Positions 11,401-23,160 of a DNA stretch of 64,000 nt are shown here, piece by piece. Below the pieces are notes generated by a model. It did not search any database. It was not told the DNA's origin and saw only the letters and a program-made list of their open reading frames with translations. Position numbers and translations under genes: made by a program. Within the stretch, counting starts at the first letter, position 1. Each line of letters begins with the position of its first letter. Source of the stretch: Mantamonas sphyraenae STR306 (lineage: Eukaryota > Protista > CRuMs); contig JAPMXV010000032.1 in the NCBI GenBank assembly GCA_026936335.1, positions 124,001 to 188,000 on the forward strand, written 5' to 3'.

Positions 11401-14273
11401 ATGCCGGCCTTTCCCCGTGAGCAGGACGACTTGGTGGCACACATCCGCAAGTTGTCCGGAGTGCTCAGCACTCTGGACATGAAGAGCATCAAGCTGCCCC
11501 CCGTGGCTGTGGTGGGAAGTGTGGGTCACGGCAAGACGGCACTGATCGAACAGCTCCTCGGGTTTGAGCTACTGCCCACTCCGTCGCGCCTGCCCATCAT
11601 CCTGCACCTGCACAACAATGAGAACGACCACGAAAAGGGTACGTACAGCGCCTGTGTGGTGGCCAGCCCCTCACCGCAGGGTCCTTGCCGTCTGGTGTGG
11701 CCTGAGGCAGCCAGGCGACAGGCCAGGCCGTGGGAACTCGCCGAGAGAGCGTGGCCACGTCAGCTTCGGTCTCCCACACACACTCACACATACCTGCATG
11801 CACCCTGAGGACGTGAACAGATTACGGCGAACTGTACCACGTGAGCGACAAGCGCTTCTACGACATGGGCCAGATCAAGGCGGAGCTGGTGAAGGAAACC
11901 AACCGCATCCTCGGCCCGCCTGGCAGCTCGATCTCCATCGGCACCAAAGCCCTCCACGTCAAACTGGTGTCGCCACGGTTGCCCACTCTGACTATTGCCG
12001 ATCTCCCGGGCCTCCCTTCCAGGGTAAGTGGTGATCTGGAACAGAGGACTTCCACCTGTGCACATACGCTGTCGAACGCGTCTCGGTGCGAGCGGCCATT
12101 TTCCCACCACTGGCATGGGTTCCTAGCCTGCCACCTGCGTGCTCACACTGCCTTTTGCCCTTCCACGTGCCCTTCTACTCTCCCGTGTCCCCGTGCGTCA
12201 TTCTGTTCCTCCACACACCCCGTCTTGGCCGCTTGTGTGCGCCGCCTGCGTCCGTGCCGCGTTCCGTGTGCCTGCTGCCTCAGGCCCACGACCCAGAGAC
12301 CTTCAAGGCCGTCGCAGACGTGTGCAAAACCTTTCTCAAGGTGCCCGACTGCATCATCCTCTCCGTCACCAACGCCACCACAGATCTCGCCAACTCCTAC
12401 GCCATCCTGCTTGCCAACAAGATGGACCCTGGCAGTAAGTGTTACCCTCCCGCAGCCCCCCCCCAGCCCCTCCCCGCACACACGTACACACGAACATCCC
12501 CGCTCACACACCCTTGCCATGGCCTTCAACATCCATGTGCACACCCCGTCCCGTGCTCCCACAGACACACGCACCATCGGTGTGCTCACACACATGGACA
12601 AGGTGAGCAACAACGGCATCGACTTGCTTCCGGGCCTCCTCAAGGACGGCAAATACATCGGCGTGGCCAATCCTTTCAAGGAGCGTGACTATGAACGTTC
12701 GCGCTCGTACGACCGTGGCTCCTCCTCCTCCTCATCCTCGGCCGGCAGTGGGTCGGCCAGTTTGTTTTCCGGCTTTGGCGGCGACACGCTCTTTGGCGGC
12801 TCGGACGACGACAGCGCGTCCGGCAACCCAGAATGGGATGCTCTGGACGAAGCTTACCAGGACGACGATGGCCAGCGGGATATCACCTACACGGCGCCGC
12901 CATCGGCCAAGATTGGTCACCAACACGTCGAAAACGTCCTCGTGGCCATGCTCATGCACCCGCTGCGCGACGTCGTGCCCGAGGCCAAGGTGCGCATCAA
13001 CGCAATGATGAATGAGGCGCAGCAACAATTCCAAAAGTACAGAGACGAACCCAAACTGCAGAGCCAGAAAAACCACGGCGCCCTTCTGCTCTCGCTCATC
13101 ACCGCCTTTGTTGGCGAGTACCAGGATGCCATCGACTGCAAGAGCGCAGAGAGCATTCGCAATGGTAACAACGAATTGTACGGCGGCGCGCGCATCTCCT
13201 ACATCTTCCGCGACCAGTTCCAGCCCAGGCTGGAAGACATTGAACCGCGGGACATCTTCACATACCAGGAGCTGCGCACAGCAGTGCGCAACGCACGCGG
13301 TGTCAAACCTACTTTGTTTGCTCCAATGGCCGCCTTTGACCTGCTCATGAAGCGCATGCTGGACACCCTGCAGGAACCGGTGGATTGGTGCATCGAGGCT
13401 GTCGCTAGCGAGCTCATCACCCTCAGCAACCGCTCAGCCGCCCTGACACTCTCCCGCTACCCTGCTTTGCAAGAGCGAGTGGCTGCACATGTGTCCAACA
13501 TGATCCGCACGTACGAACAACCCGCTGGCAGACTTATCCACAACCTGCTCGACGCTGAGCAGGCCTACTTCAACCCGCACCACCCGCACTTTGAAGAGGA
13601 GTGCATGCGCATCGAAGAGGAATTGTACCCGCCTCCGCCCCCGCCCAAGAACCCGCACGAGAACAACGGCCAGCTTGACGAAGAGTCCAGTTTTGATTGG
13701 GAAAAGGTCGACTGGACTTCCAACAACGATCTCACCACCTCTTCAGCCGAGACCGGCTCGTCATCATCTTCATCATCGTCATCATCGTCATCATCGTCAT
13801 CATCATCATCATCACAGCAGAACGGAACAGACAAGGGCAACAAGAGCGCATGGAACTCAGGCGTGACCACAGACGAGGACGAGCAGCCCAACGTCAGGCG
13901 AAAGGGCGACATGGGCTCATACCATCAGCGCGTTCCACACAAAATCATGGTTACGGGGGCGGTGCAGGACGGCGAAGAGGCCCTGCAGCTCAAGGTGTTG
14001 GAAATCTCGTTGTTGGCCTATTTTGTCGTCGTGCGCTCCAAGACCGCCGACGTGGTACCCAAGGCCCTCATGGCCAGCTTGGTCAACATGTCCAAGGACG
14101 GCCTGCTCACCGAGCTCGTGTCTGCCTTTTACGACGAGCGCCTGTTTGACGAGCTGCTCAAAGAGGCCAGCGACTTTGCCACCAAGCGTGAGGAAGCTCT
14201 CGATCACATCCAGAAGCTGCGTGGCCTGATGCTTACAGTAGAGGATGTGGCCAAGACCGAATACAAGTTTTGA
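11401..14273 (+). CDS. Dynamin-related protein (DRP1/Vps1-like) with divergent GTPase motifs; introns 11639..11820, 12024..12283, 12435..12564
   Basis: LPPVAVVG, YGELYHVSDKRFYD, LTIADLPG, DLANS, RTIGVLT, ELYGGARISYIF middle domain, GED YFVVVRSKTADVVPKALMASLVN. Confidence 0.9.
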
Positions 14274-14285
14274 GTGTTCCACAGC

Positions 14286-15966
14286 ATGGCATCCCCTCCA
14301 CAGCCCAAACCAATGTCGTCGTCGCACGAGCCCGGTTCCGGCGGGTACGACCGCAAACACAAGGGCATTACACGCAAGCAACTGCTGGAAATGGACCCCA
14401 AGACCATGTCCAAGCGGCAACTGAAGAAACGCAAGCGCATGGAAGAGGCCATGGCGCGTGAGGAAGACGGCGGCGAAAAGAGGTCGCGTCGCACGCGCAA
14501 AGACCGCAACTGGGAGGAGGTGTACCAAGGATTTGTGGCCACACATGGCAATCCGGTGCTGCACGAACAGTTTGCCGACGTGGAGCTGGACAAGTGCGAG
14601 TACGTGTGTCACTCTGGCCTGCGCTTCATCAAGCCCTATTTTTACCGCTTCAAGTCGCACGCCAAGAAGCGCTGGTTGGGCCGCCTGCTCATTGATGTGT
14701 TCCTCAACGAGTTTCACGGCGAGGTGAACCGAGACTACTATGTAGGTGGCGCGCGGGATGAGGGTGCAGAGGATCGCGACAAACGACGTGCATGTTGACG
14801 CGGCCCCCACATCGCACCTGGCCATTGGACACACACAGATTGAAGCCATGGCTGACGGGAGGATATCTGTAAACGGCCAACGCGTGGACGAGGACTATGT
14901 GATTGCGGACAACGACATGATTGCACACATTGTACACCGCCACGAGCCACCCGTGCTGGACCAGCCACTGGTGATGGTGGGTGAATCGGAAGATGGCGTG
15001 ATGGCTTTCAACAAGCCTCCATCCATTCCTGTGCACGCAACAGGGCGCTACTACATGAATTGCGTGGAGAGACACCTTGAGGAGATCAACGGGATCAGCC
15101 GCAACAACCTGTACGTGGTGCACAGGCTTGACCGCCTCACAAGCGGCGTCTTGCTGATGGCGCGCAACAAAAGGGCCGCAGATGACTTTCAGCAGCAGCT
15201 GGTGTCTGGTGAAGTGCACAAACACTACGTGGCGCTCGTCGAAGGTCAATTCCCCAGAGAGCCTGTGCTGGTGGATGAGCCACTCAAGGTTGTCAACCCC
15301 AGGCAAGGATACAGTCAAGTGGGCCATGAAGATGCCAAGGAAGCGGTGACGCGCTTCCAACTGCGCTGGTACGACCCGGCCAGCAACCAATCCCTGGTGA
15401 CCTGCCACCCACAAACCGGACGCCAACACCAGATCCGCGTGCACCTCCAGTTCCTTGGCTTCCCCATTGCCAACGACCCTGTGTACGGGAGCGACGCGAG
15501 CACAGGAACCGAAACCATCGATGAGCTCCACGAAATGGACTTTTCGGGTGTGCGCAAGGAAGAGAAAAGCACCGATCAGATCGAAGCTCAGAAGCGGCTG
15601 CAGGGCAAGTGGACGCCCACTCAAGAGTGGCAATCGCCGCAAGACTTTTTCACCCAAGGCCTGTACTTTCCCGATTGTGTGGACTGCCAGTACGTGTGGA
15701 AAACGGGGAAGCCCGAAGACTACGTCCTGTACCTCCATGCCTACGCCTATGAGCGCCTCGACGAGTGGCGCTTCGAGGCTCCGCTTCCTTGGTGGGCCCA
15801 CGCGCCCCAAGATTGCACCCTCTACGATGTGGACGACCCACTCCCTGCCGACGACACGCACTCCACCCTCCCGTCGTTTGCATCACATTCTTCAAGTTCT
15901 TCATCTTCATCTTCATCTTCATCTTCATCTTCATCTTCATCGTCCTCCTCGTCATCTTCTCGCTGA
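14286..15966 (+). CDS. RPUSD2: RluA-family pseudouridine synthase (RPUSD2/Pus9/Rib2-like) with S4 domain; intron 14742..14838
   Basis: GLRFIKPYFYRF..KKRW, HRHEPPV, NKPPSIPVHATGRY, HRLDRLTSG catalytic motif, TGRQHQIRVHLQFLGFPIANDPVY. Confidence 0.9.
15898..15940 (+). repeat. (TCTTCA)n hexamer repeat encoding a C-terminal poly-Ser tract
   Basis: Direct reading. Confidence 0.9.
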
Positions 15967-15973
15967 TCCTGCA

Positions 15974-17946
15974 TCATCGCACGTCAAACGGAACGGCTGC
16001 TGCCACCACAGGGCCCTTGCGCCCGTTGGAAACATGTCCACGCCGCTCCCGCTCGCGCGAGCTGGACACATTCGACATGGGCGAGCTGTATGGGTCCATG
16101 TACTCTGAATAATCACCTCCTGCATAGCCACCGCTGTTGCGAACCCCGCTGTCGCCACTGCCGTAGTCCTCAAAGATCCCTTCGTCTTGGATCTCCCGCT
16201 GGTACCGTCTCCTGTTCTCAGCCAGCTCCCTGCGCACTCGCTGCTCCTCCATCCTCTCTTCCAGCTCCTGTTGTCGCTTGAGTTCCCTCTCACGTTGTTG
16301 CTTCTCTTCAATCTGCATCCGCAGTTCCTCCTGGTATTCCAGGTCCTGCCGCTTGCGCATCATCACCTCCCGTGCTTCGGGCGAACTCTCCAGCGCCACT
16401 TGTCCCCTTGATTGTTGCGCTTGTGCCTCCATGCGGTCCTGTTTGATCCTGTCAAGCTTCCGCTGCGATCGTTCCAACCGCCGGTACTTGTCGTCTTCAG
16501 CCGCCCTCTCGGCTGCCTCCCGCGCTCGCTTGGCGCGAATCTGTTCGTCCAACTCCGCTTGATACTGCCTGCGCTCCTCCTCTGCCTTGCGTCGGCTTTC
16601 TGCATCCCTGCCCATCATCTCCGACAACGCCCCCATGAACTGTCGCTCGTTCCCCTTGGCCTTGCTCCTCCGGCTACCTCCACTTCCTCCCACCACGCTG
16701 TACGGCGACCCGTACGCCCCAGCGTCCCTGTCACGCCGCGGTGGCGTGCGTGCGTTGAGGGCCGCCTCGTACGCCGCGTGATCCCGTTCGTCGTAGTCCA
16801 AGCGCCGCTGCTCTGCAAAGAACTGGGGCTTGGAGGAGCCCTTGACTCCAGTCGGGGAGTTGTCCAGCGCCTCCATTGTGTTGGTCAGTTTGTTGTGGCG
16901 CAAGTCCGCCAGCACGTGGCCTTTGTCGTCCTTGATGGGTGCCCCGCCTCCAGCCTTTCCCCATGGGTCGTACTCTTGAATCTCCAGATCCTTCTTGCGG
17001 TTCCACAATCGTTCCTGTGCCTGTTGCTCCTGCAGACGCTGGTACTTTTCCCTCAGTTGTGCGTCTGTACAGTGTGCGTGTCGATTTTTGCGTCAGCCGC
17101 CCGACCGTTACTCTCGCTCGCTTTTCAACCCAAACCTCCCACCGCGTGCCCACTCGTCCACTTACCCAGTTCCTTGCGGTACAATGCCCGCTCGTCCATT
17201 TCCTCGTCCGAATCGGGTTCGGGCGAGCGTCGTGGAGCAGAGTAGACGACGCCTGCGCGAGTGTCGTCGGCATCCGAGTCGACAATGACGTGCCGCGACG
17301 CCCCGTACCGCACATGTGGCTTGTACGGCTGCGACACGTGGTCTTCCGAGTACTTGCTGCTGTTCAGGGCCTCATACAACGCTTCTTCTTCTGCCTCAAT
17401 CTCTCGCACCCTCCTCTCTGCAGTGCGCAGCCGTTCGCGACGCGACGCCTCAGGTGACACCCGTGGCCTTGCGTTTGCCCTCTCAATCCGTTCCCGCATG
17501 CGTCGCTCCTCTTCCGTTTCGCTTTCCAGCGCCAATGCCACTGCCTCGGCCTCCAGCTCCCGTTTCGCCGCCTCGACCTTGCGCCGATACACCAGCTCTT
17601 CCTCCTCCGCCCGCAGCTCGTCAAGCCTCCGAGCACGCTCCTTGGCTGCCGCTGCACGTTTGCGTGCCGCCGCATCCTGCTTCCCTGCGCCTCCTCCTGC
17701 ACCGCCACCTCGTTCCGGTTTGCTCTTGCGTCCTTTGGGCCCTGCTCGTTTGGGGCCGCCTCGATCGTTGGCCACCCGAGCTCGTCGCTCGTTCTTTTCG
17801 TGCATGGCCTTCACCTTGTCCATGGCCTGCTGCACACCCACAAGTGCCGTCGTCACCAGGCTGTTGTCCTCCTCGCACAAGTCCAGCAGCTGCTCGCACA
17901 GCTTCAGCAGCTTGCGATGCTTGCGCGAAAGCTGGCCGGACGACAT
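15974..17946 (-). CDS. CSPP1/CCDC66-like coiled-coil ciliary/centrosomal protein; intron 17065..17165
   Basis: YDPWGKAGGGAPIKD motif and repeated Y..EL..QI.EK motifs typical of CSPP1/CCDC66. Confidence 0.7.
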
Positions 17947-18064
17947 CCCGTTGCGTTTTCTCTTTTTTGACTCCCCTGGCGCACGCAGCACAAACACACC
18001 CAACCCCTCGCTCTCTCAAGCACGGAGTTTCCTCACATAGACTCCCTGCCCCCTTCTCCCTCCA

Positions 18065-18337
18065 ATGCCTGTGGAACCCATCCAGTTTCCCGACAAACAA
18101 GAGGCGGACGGTTTTGTCCAGCAGCTCACTGCCCTTCTCGAGGATCCGGCCTCGGCAAGCACCGCTGCCGCCATCTGTGGCCTCGTTGTCTTTGTTTTCA
18201 TGCTGCTCCAGTTTGTGTACGGCCAGGTGCAGGCCGTGGGTGAAGCACGCGAGATTCAACGCCTGGAAAAGGAAGCTGCCTCTGCACGTGCCTCTGGCTC
18301 CCGTGGGCCGTCTGCAGATGGTCTCCGGAGACGTTGA
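18065..18337 (+). CDS. Small single-pass membrane protein, unknown function
   Basis: 90-aa ATG ORF with coding-like codon use and one TM segment (AAAICGLVVFVFMLLQFVY). Confidence 0.55.
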   Translation: MPVEPIQFPDKQEADGFVQQLTALLEDPASASTAAAICGLVVFVFMLLQFVYGQVQAVGEAREIQRLEKEAASARASGSRGPSADGLRRR

Positions 18338-18447
18338 GTGTCAGATGTGTGCACTTTGGACGTGCGACCACGAGGAATGAAGTGAATTCTTGGTTTGCAC
18401 GCGTCGCCACACACACCAATCTCTTCCAATCTCCCCGGTGTGCACAC

Positions 18448-19983
18448 ATGTCGGACGACGAACGGCAGCTGCGTGCGGGGTTGTTGGACAACCAAGACGA
18501 GCAGGATGACTACGATGGGCCTCAGGACGAGGCTCAGGCGCACGAGAGGGAAGGCATCTCCAACATCACCCTCCTTTCCTTCGGCAGCGAAAACACCTCG
18601 GAGCAATACTTTGACGATGAATACGACGAAGACGAAGAGTCCTATCTCGAGCTCATGCCCCAGGAGATCATCAATCGCATCTGCCTGTACCTCAGCGCAC
18701 GCGACGTGGCCGCGTTGGGCGCCACCTGCCGCCAACTTCGCCAGCAGGCTGCCGACGATTACGTGTGGCAAACCATGTACCTTCGCCTTCCCGAGAATAC
18801 CGTCACCCAGGATCAGACCCTCGCTCAGCGCATGATGCGCCTCGGTTCGTCCCGCGGCCTGTGGGACGTCGAGCACGAAGTGCTGCGTGACTACAAGGAA
18901 GTCAAGAAACCCAGCAATCGCTCGTGGCGCCAACACTACGTGGAACACCTCGCCGAACTGCGAGAAGAATACGATGAGCTCATCAAGCTGGACGAAATCG
19001 ACCGCTATCACGGCACATGGGAGTACCGCTTCAAAATCTGCTGCGACTCCTTCTGGACCACCCGTTCCCTCGCCCAGACCGCCATTGTGCTCAGCTTCCT
19101 CTTCATCATGTTTGCTCCCCTCGCATACGTAATCATGGTCAACCTCAAGCTCGACCAGATTGCCTATGTCAACTGGAGTTGGACCCAGCTCATGTTGCCC
19201 CTCTGGTTGATGGCTGCCGTCACTCTCGTCGGCTTCTGCATCACAGGCATCGACGAAGGCGCAAACTTTGCCTTTTTCTGCTGCGTACCCATTGCTACGG
19301 CCTTGTTGTACGGCATTATTCTGCTCTTTCCGCTCCTTGTCTCCCTCAAGGTCGACCAAACCCTCACCTCTTCCTGGTTCGCCATCTTTATTCCGGTCTA
19401 CCTCATCATTGGTCCCTCTGTGGTCATTGGTCTCTGCTTTATCGGCATCATGCTCGCTGACAAGTGGCAGCGTCAGCCGAACCAACCGCCTGCCCTCGTT
19501 CCCGACGACCAGGTGTACCCGATCCTCGTCACCTTTATCAGCGACATGCTTTGCCCAGCGGTGTTTAGCATCCTTCTGCCCATGTGGCTGGAAAACCAGC
19601 TTCCGGGCTGGAAGCTCCACGATGTCATGCTGCCGCTGTGGATTGGTCAGGGCATCCGCATGCTGTTTCTGCTTTCCATGGTTGCCGTCGAGGCATGCGT
19701 CACCTTTGTCTTTCAGGTCCTTCCTTCTGTGCTCTCCACCGTCTTCCTCGTCCTCAAGGTCGAGCATGCGTGGGACATCAGCTACGGCATTGTCTTTCTC
19801 CCCACCTACGTCATCTACGGCGGCACCAACCTAGCCCTCACCTGCTTTGCCTGCTACTTCATGGGCTCCGAGCTCTTGCGCAGCGAAGCTGAAGACCGCG
19901 CACAGGCCATGGAACGCATCCGCGAGGTCCTTGCCCCCCGTGCCGGTGTCGTGCTCCAGGCTGGCAACGAAGACTTCGTGTGA
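18448..19983 (+). CDS. F-box protein fused to a TMEM185-like multi-pass membrane domain
   Basis: F-box LELMPQEIINRICLYLSARDVAALGATCRQL..DDYVW; repeated 'LKLD....WSW..MLPLW' / 'LKVD....SWFAIFIPVY' TM hairpins. Confidence 0.8.
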   Translation: MSDDERQLRAGLLDNQDEQDDYDGPQDEAQAHEREGISNITLLSFGSENTSEQYFDDEYDEDEESYLELMPQEIINRICLYLSARDVAALGATCRQLRQQAADDYVWQTMYLRLPENTVTQDQTLAQRMMRLGSSRGLWDVEHEVLRDYKEVKKPSNRSWRQHYVEHLAELREEYDELIKLDEIDRYHGTWEYRFKICCDSFWTTRSLAQTAIVLSFLFIMFAPLAYVIMVNLKLDQIAYVNWSWTQLMLPLWLMAAVTLVGFCITGIDEGANFAFFCCVPIATALLYGIILLFPLLVSLKVDQTLTSSWFAIFIPVYLIIGPSVVIGLCFIGIMLADKWQRQPNQPPALVPDDQVYPILVTFISDMLCPAVFSILLPMWLENQLPGWKLHDVMLPLWIGQGIRMLFLLSMVAVEACVTFVFQVLPSVLSTVFLVLKVEHAWDISYGIVFLPTYVIYGGTNLALTCFACYFMGSELLRSEAEDRAQAMERIREVLAPRAGVVLQAGNEDFV

Positions 19984-20086
19984 GCCATCTTGCTGCGAGC
20001 AGTCTCGACTGCACACACAATACACCATCCATGCCATCCGTCGTGAGATGCATCGGCTCCACCCACGCGCACGTGTCGCCAAACCG

Positions 20087-22004
20087 ATGTCGGCTTCTTC
20101 GTCTTCTTCCTCCGTCTCGGCGGCTGGATTTCAGAAGCTCCTCAGCCACACCCAGGTGGTCGATGCCCATCGAGAGAACCACGTGGCTTTGGGCGACACC
20201 AAACACGTGCGCCTGTATGACACCACCGCGCGCACAGACTTTCCCCAGAAGAAAGCCGACCTTGCCGATCCTCAGCAGGGCATCAAAATGATGAAGGACC
20301 TGCGGAGGTCCCACTTCAACCCATACGACGGCGGAGCACACGAGTACGACACAGAAACGCGTTTGAACTACCGCCGCCCGGAGAAGCAGTCCTACAAGGG
20401 GATCACCCGCTTCGACATCAACGCCTCCACTTTACGACACGGCGATCGCAAAAAAATCACCCAGGAAGGCACAGTGTATGCAAGCACCTTTGATGGCTCC
20501 GCTCGCCGCAAAGACCGTGAGCATGAGGAGATTGTCAAGTACAAGAACAAGCTCACCAAGGGCATGACGGGCACGTAGGTTCCAACAAAGCCCAACGGTC
20601 ACTCGCTCAGAGGCCGGCGCCTCCTGCAGCCCACACGGGGCACACTGGCACACACACTCACTCACACTCACACTCCCACACAAACACATGAACACACCCA
20701 ACCCGTGTCCATCCCACGTGTCCACTTGCGCCGTGCTGTACTCTGCACGGCTTTGTAGCCACTTCAATCTCGGTGACCAGGGAAGCTCGTCGCGATTTGT
20801 CTCGGAGAGCAAGTCTCAGTACTACGCCAAGCAGCGCAAGTATGCACGCGAGACGATGAACTTGCAAAAGACACACATCCAGGAGGGTGACCGGGCAAAG
20901 GTGAAGGAGCTGGTCAGCGAGACGCGTGCTCAATACCCCAAGTACGACAATGCCGAGGTGCGCCAACCCAAGCAGTCCCTGCGCTGGCTGCGTGGCTCCC
21001 ACTTCAAGGTGGGCAACGACAAACCCGAGGCAGGGGCATTTGTGACCACCAACCGCATGTCCTACAACGACTCCACCAGCAACGTTACTCCGCGCAAGCC
21101 CAACAGCCCTCGTGCAAGCGCAAACGCAAAACGCCTCCTCGCACGCACCTTTGAGTCCACCATGCAGCACGGTGACCCCAAAAAGGTGCGCAATTACACC
21201 ACCACCTCCCAGATGACCTACTACGACAAGGGAGTCAGCGTGGCCGAGTTCAACGCCGAGAAACGCAAGCAGCTCCGCGCAACCCACTTTAGCATCGGGG
21301 ACGACTCACCCGCTCTTCGCGACATGTCCATGACGCACCGGTCCTTCCCTGAGCACGACGTGCGCAAGCATGCCCCTGCCCGTGGCAAGCAGGACTTCCA
21401 GACGTCGCACATCCAACACATCGGCAAGGAAACCAGCAAGGCTGCCAATGTGCGAACGGGCTACATCTCCACCAACAAGCGCACCTTTGTCGATCACTCC
21501 GACCGCAAGCTGGAAAAGCCCCTGCACACCCTTGCTTGGTGGCGCAGTTCCCACTTTGACGCCGGTGACAAAAAGGTCATCGGGTTCCAGAAGGACACTG
21601 AGACCAGCGAACAGTTTGCAAAGGCAGTGGAGCACCGCTCCGATGCTCCAGGCGGTGTCAAGAGTCCTCGCTTTAAGCGCCACTCGCCTCCAAAGAAAGC
21701 CGAAAACCGCAACCTCGTCTCCTCCCTGCCCCGAGGTGATCGTCGCCACTACAGCCGTCACGTCAGTGTCACCCATGGCGATTTCCAGGGCCCACAGGGC
21801 AAGACACGCTCCCAGAAGCTCAGTACTCAGGATTTGGTCCGCTCCCACTGGCAAGTCGGCAGCGGCGACGGCATGAGCACGTACCGCTCGGAGAGCCACG
21901 ACGGTTACAAACATCCATTTGAGAACACCAGCGTGCGATCGGGTTTCACCAAGCCTCTGTCCCAGATCCTCAGCGAGGAACAACAGACGAGCAACAAAAA
22001 ATGA
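20087..22004 (+). CDS. TEX45/SAXO5-like repetitive axonemal microtubule-binding protein; intron 20575..20758
   Basis: Recurrent (R)xSHFxlG motifs (RSHF, THFNLG, GSHFKVG, ATHFSIG, SSHFDAG, RSHWQVG), each followed by Mn-like S/T.....Y/F segments. Confidence 0.6.
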
Positions 22005-22118
22005 ACAACTCATTGTTGGCGTTTTGATTGCAAAGCCCCCTCTCTGCATGTCACATCTCACACGTGACATTTCCTTGGCACGACTGCATCCTGATTGAAG
22101 GAGATCGGAGCTCACACC

Positions 22119-23127
22119 TCACACCTTGACGTTGCGAAGGACGCGACGTACTGGCACGCTCTTCAGCTCCAGCAGGGCCTGTTCGAGTTCGCGAGTGATG
22201 TTCTTGAGGGTGGAATAGTCGGTTTGCAGGTTGGTAGACACCTTGTTCCCGTTGGCATCCAGCGTGTTCAGCTGCATCACGTACACGGGTTTGACCTGCT
22301 TCCGCAGCGATCGCGAGGCAAGCTCCACGTCCAGCCTCCACTCCAAATCATAAAACTGCGGCACGCTCATGCTACTCTTGGCCAACAGGGAACGCACGCT
22401 GGCCTTGTTCTCAATGTACAGCTGCATCCACGCCGTGTGAGGGAAAAGAGGGCCTGGTTCCCCCTCTCTCGCTTTCTCAGGCCCTTTCGCCCATCGCCCC
22501 ACTTCCTCCACGCTCACCAGCTGTCCCCACACACACCACCTACCTCGGTCAGCTTGGTTTGCAGCTCCTCCGGGAAGTTTAGGTCCAGCATCGAGTCCTG
22601 AAAGTCCACTTCGTCCAAATCAAGCTTGGCTGATTCGGTCCACAGAAAGGTCAATCCACCCACAACCGCCTCGCACACCTCCGGAGTGCATTCCAGCTTG
22701 TCTGCACCAACATCGGTTCCATAGAAACGTGTCGTGTATGTGGCAAGTGCACAATGTCGCCGTCCACCGTCACGTGTGTCCCCACGTGTGTCGACGAGAG
22801 TCCATTCCCCAAACAGCGTCAGCGCAAGCTCTCACCGCACTCTCTGCACAACCACTGCCCACAAGGTGGGTAACACCGTCTCAACCCCGCCTATGCCATT
22901 GCATCGCCCAACCACGCCTGGCATCCGACCCCCCGGGGTCCCTGTCCTCCATCCTCTGGCCACGGGCATAACAACATACCAGACACGGCTTCAAGCTTGC
23001 TGTCGTCATAGCCACTCTGGATGAACGACAAGGTGATGATGCAAAACTTATCGATGGTGGCGTCGTCCAAGTTGAGCAGCGCCTGCAAGTCCGCCTTCTG
23101 GCGTTCGTCGATTGCAAGAAGAACCAT
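22119..23127 (-). CDS. COMMD2: COMM domain-containing protein 2; exons 23127..22980, 22701..22544, 22421..22119
   Basis: COMM domain FYDLEWRLDVELASRSLRKQVKP...LQTDYSTLKNITRELEQAL...RRVLRNVK; N-terminus matches the COMMD2 pattern. Confidence 0.9.
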
Positions 23128-23160
23128 CGTTGGCAGCGCTGGGTCTGCCAGCGCACATCC

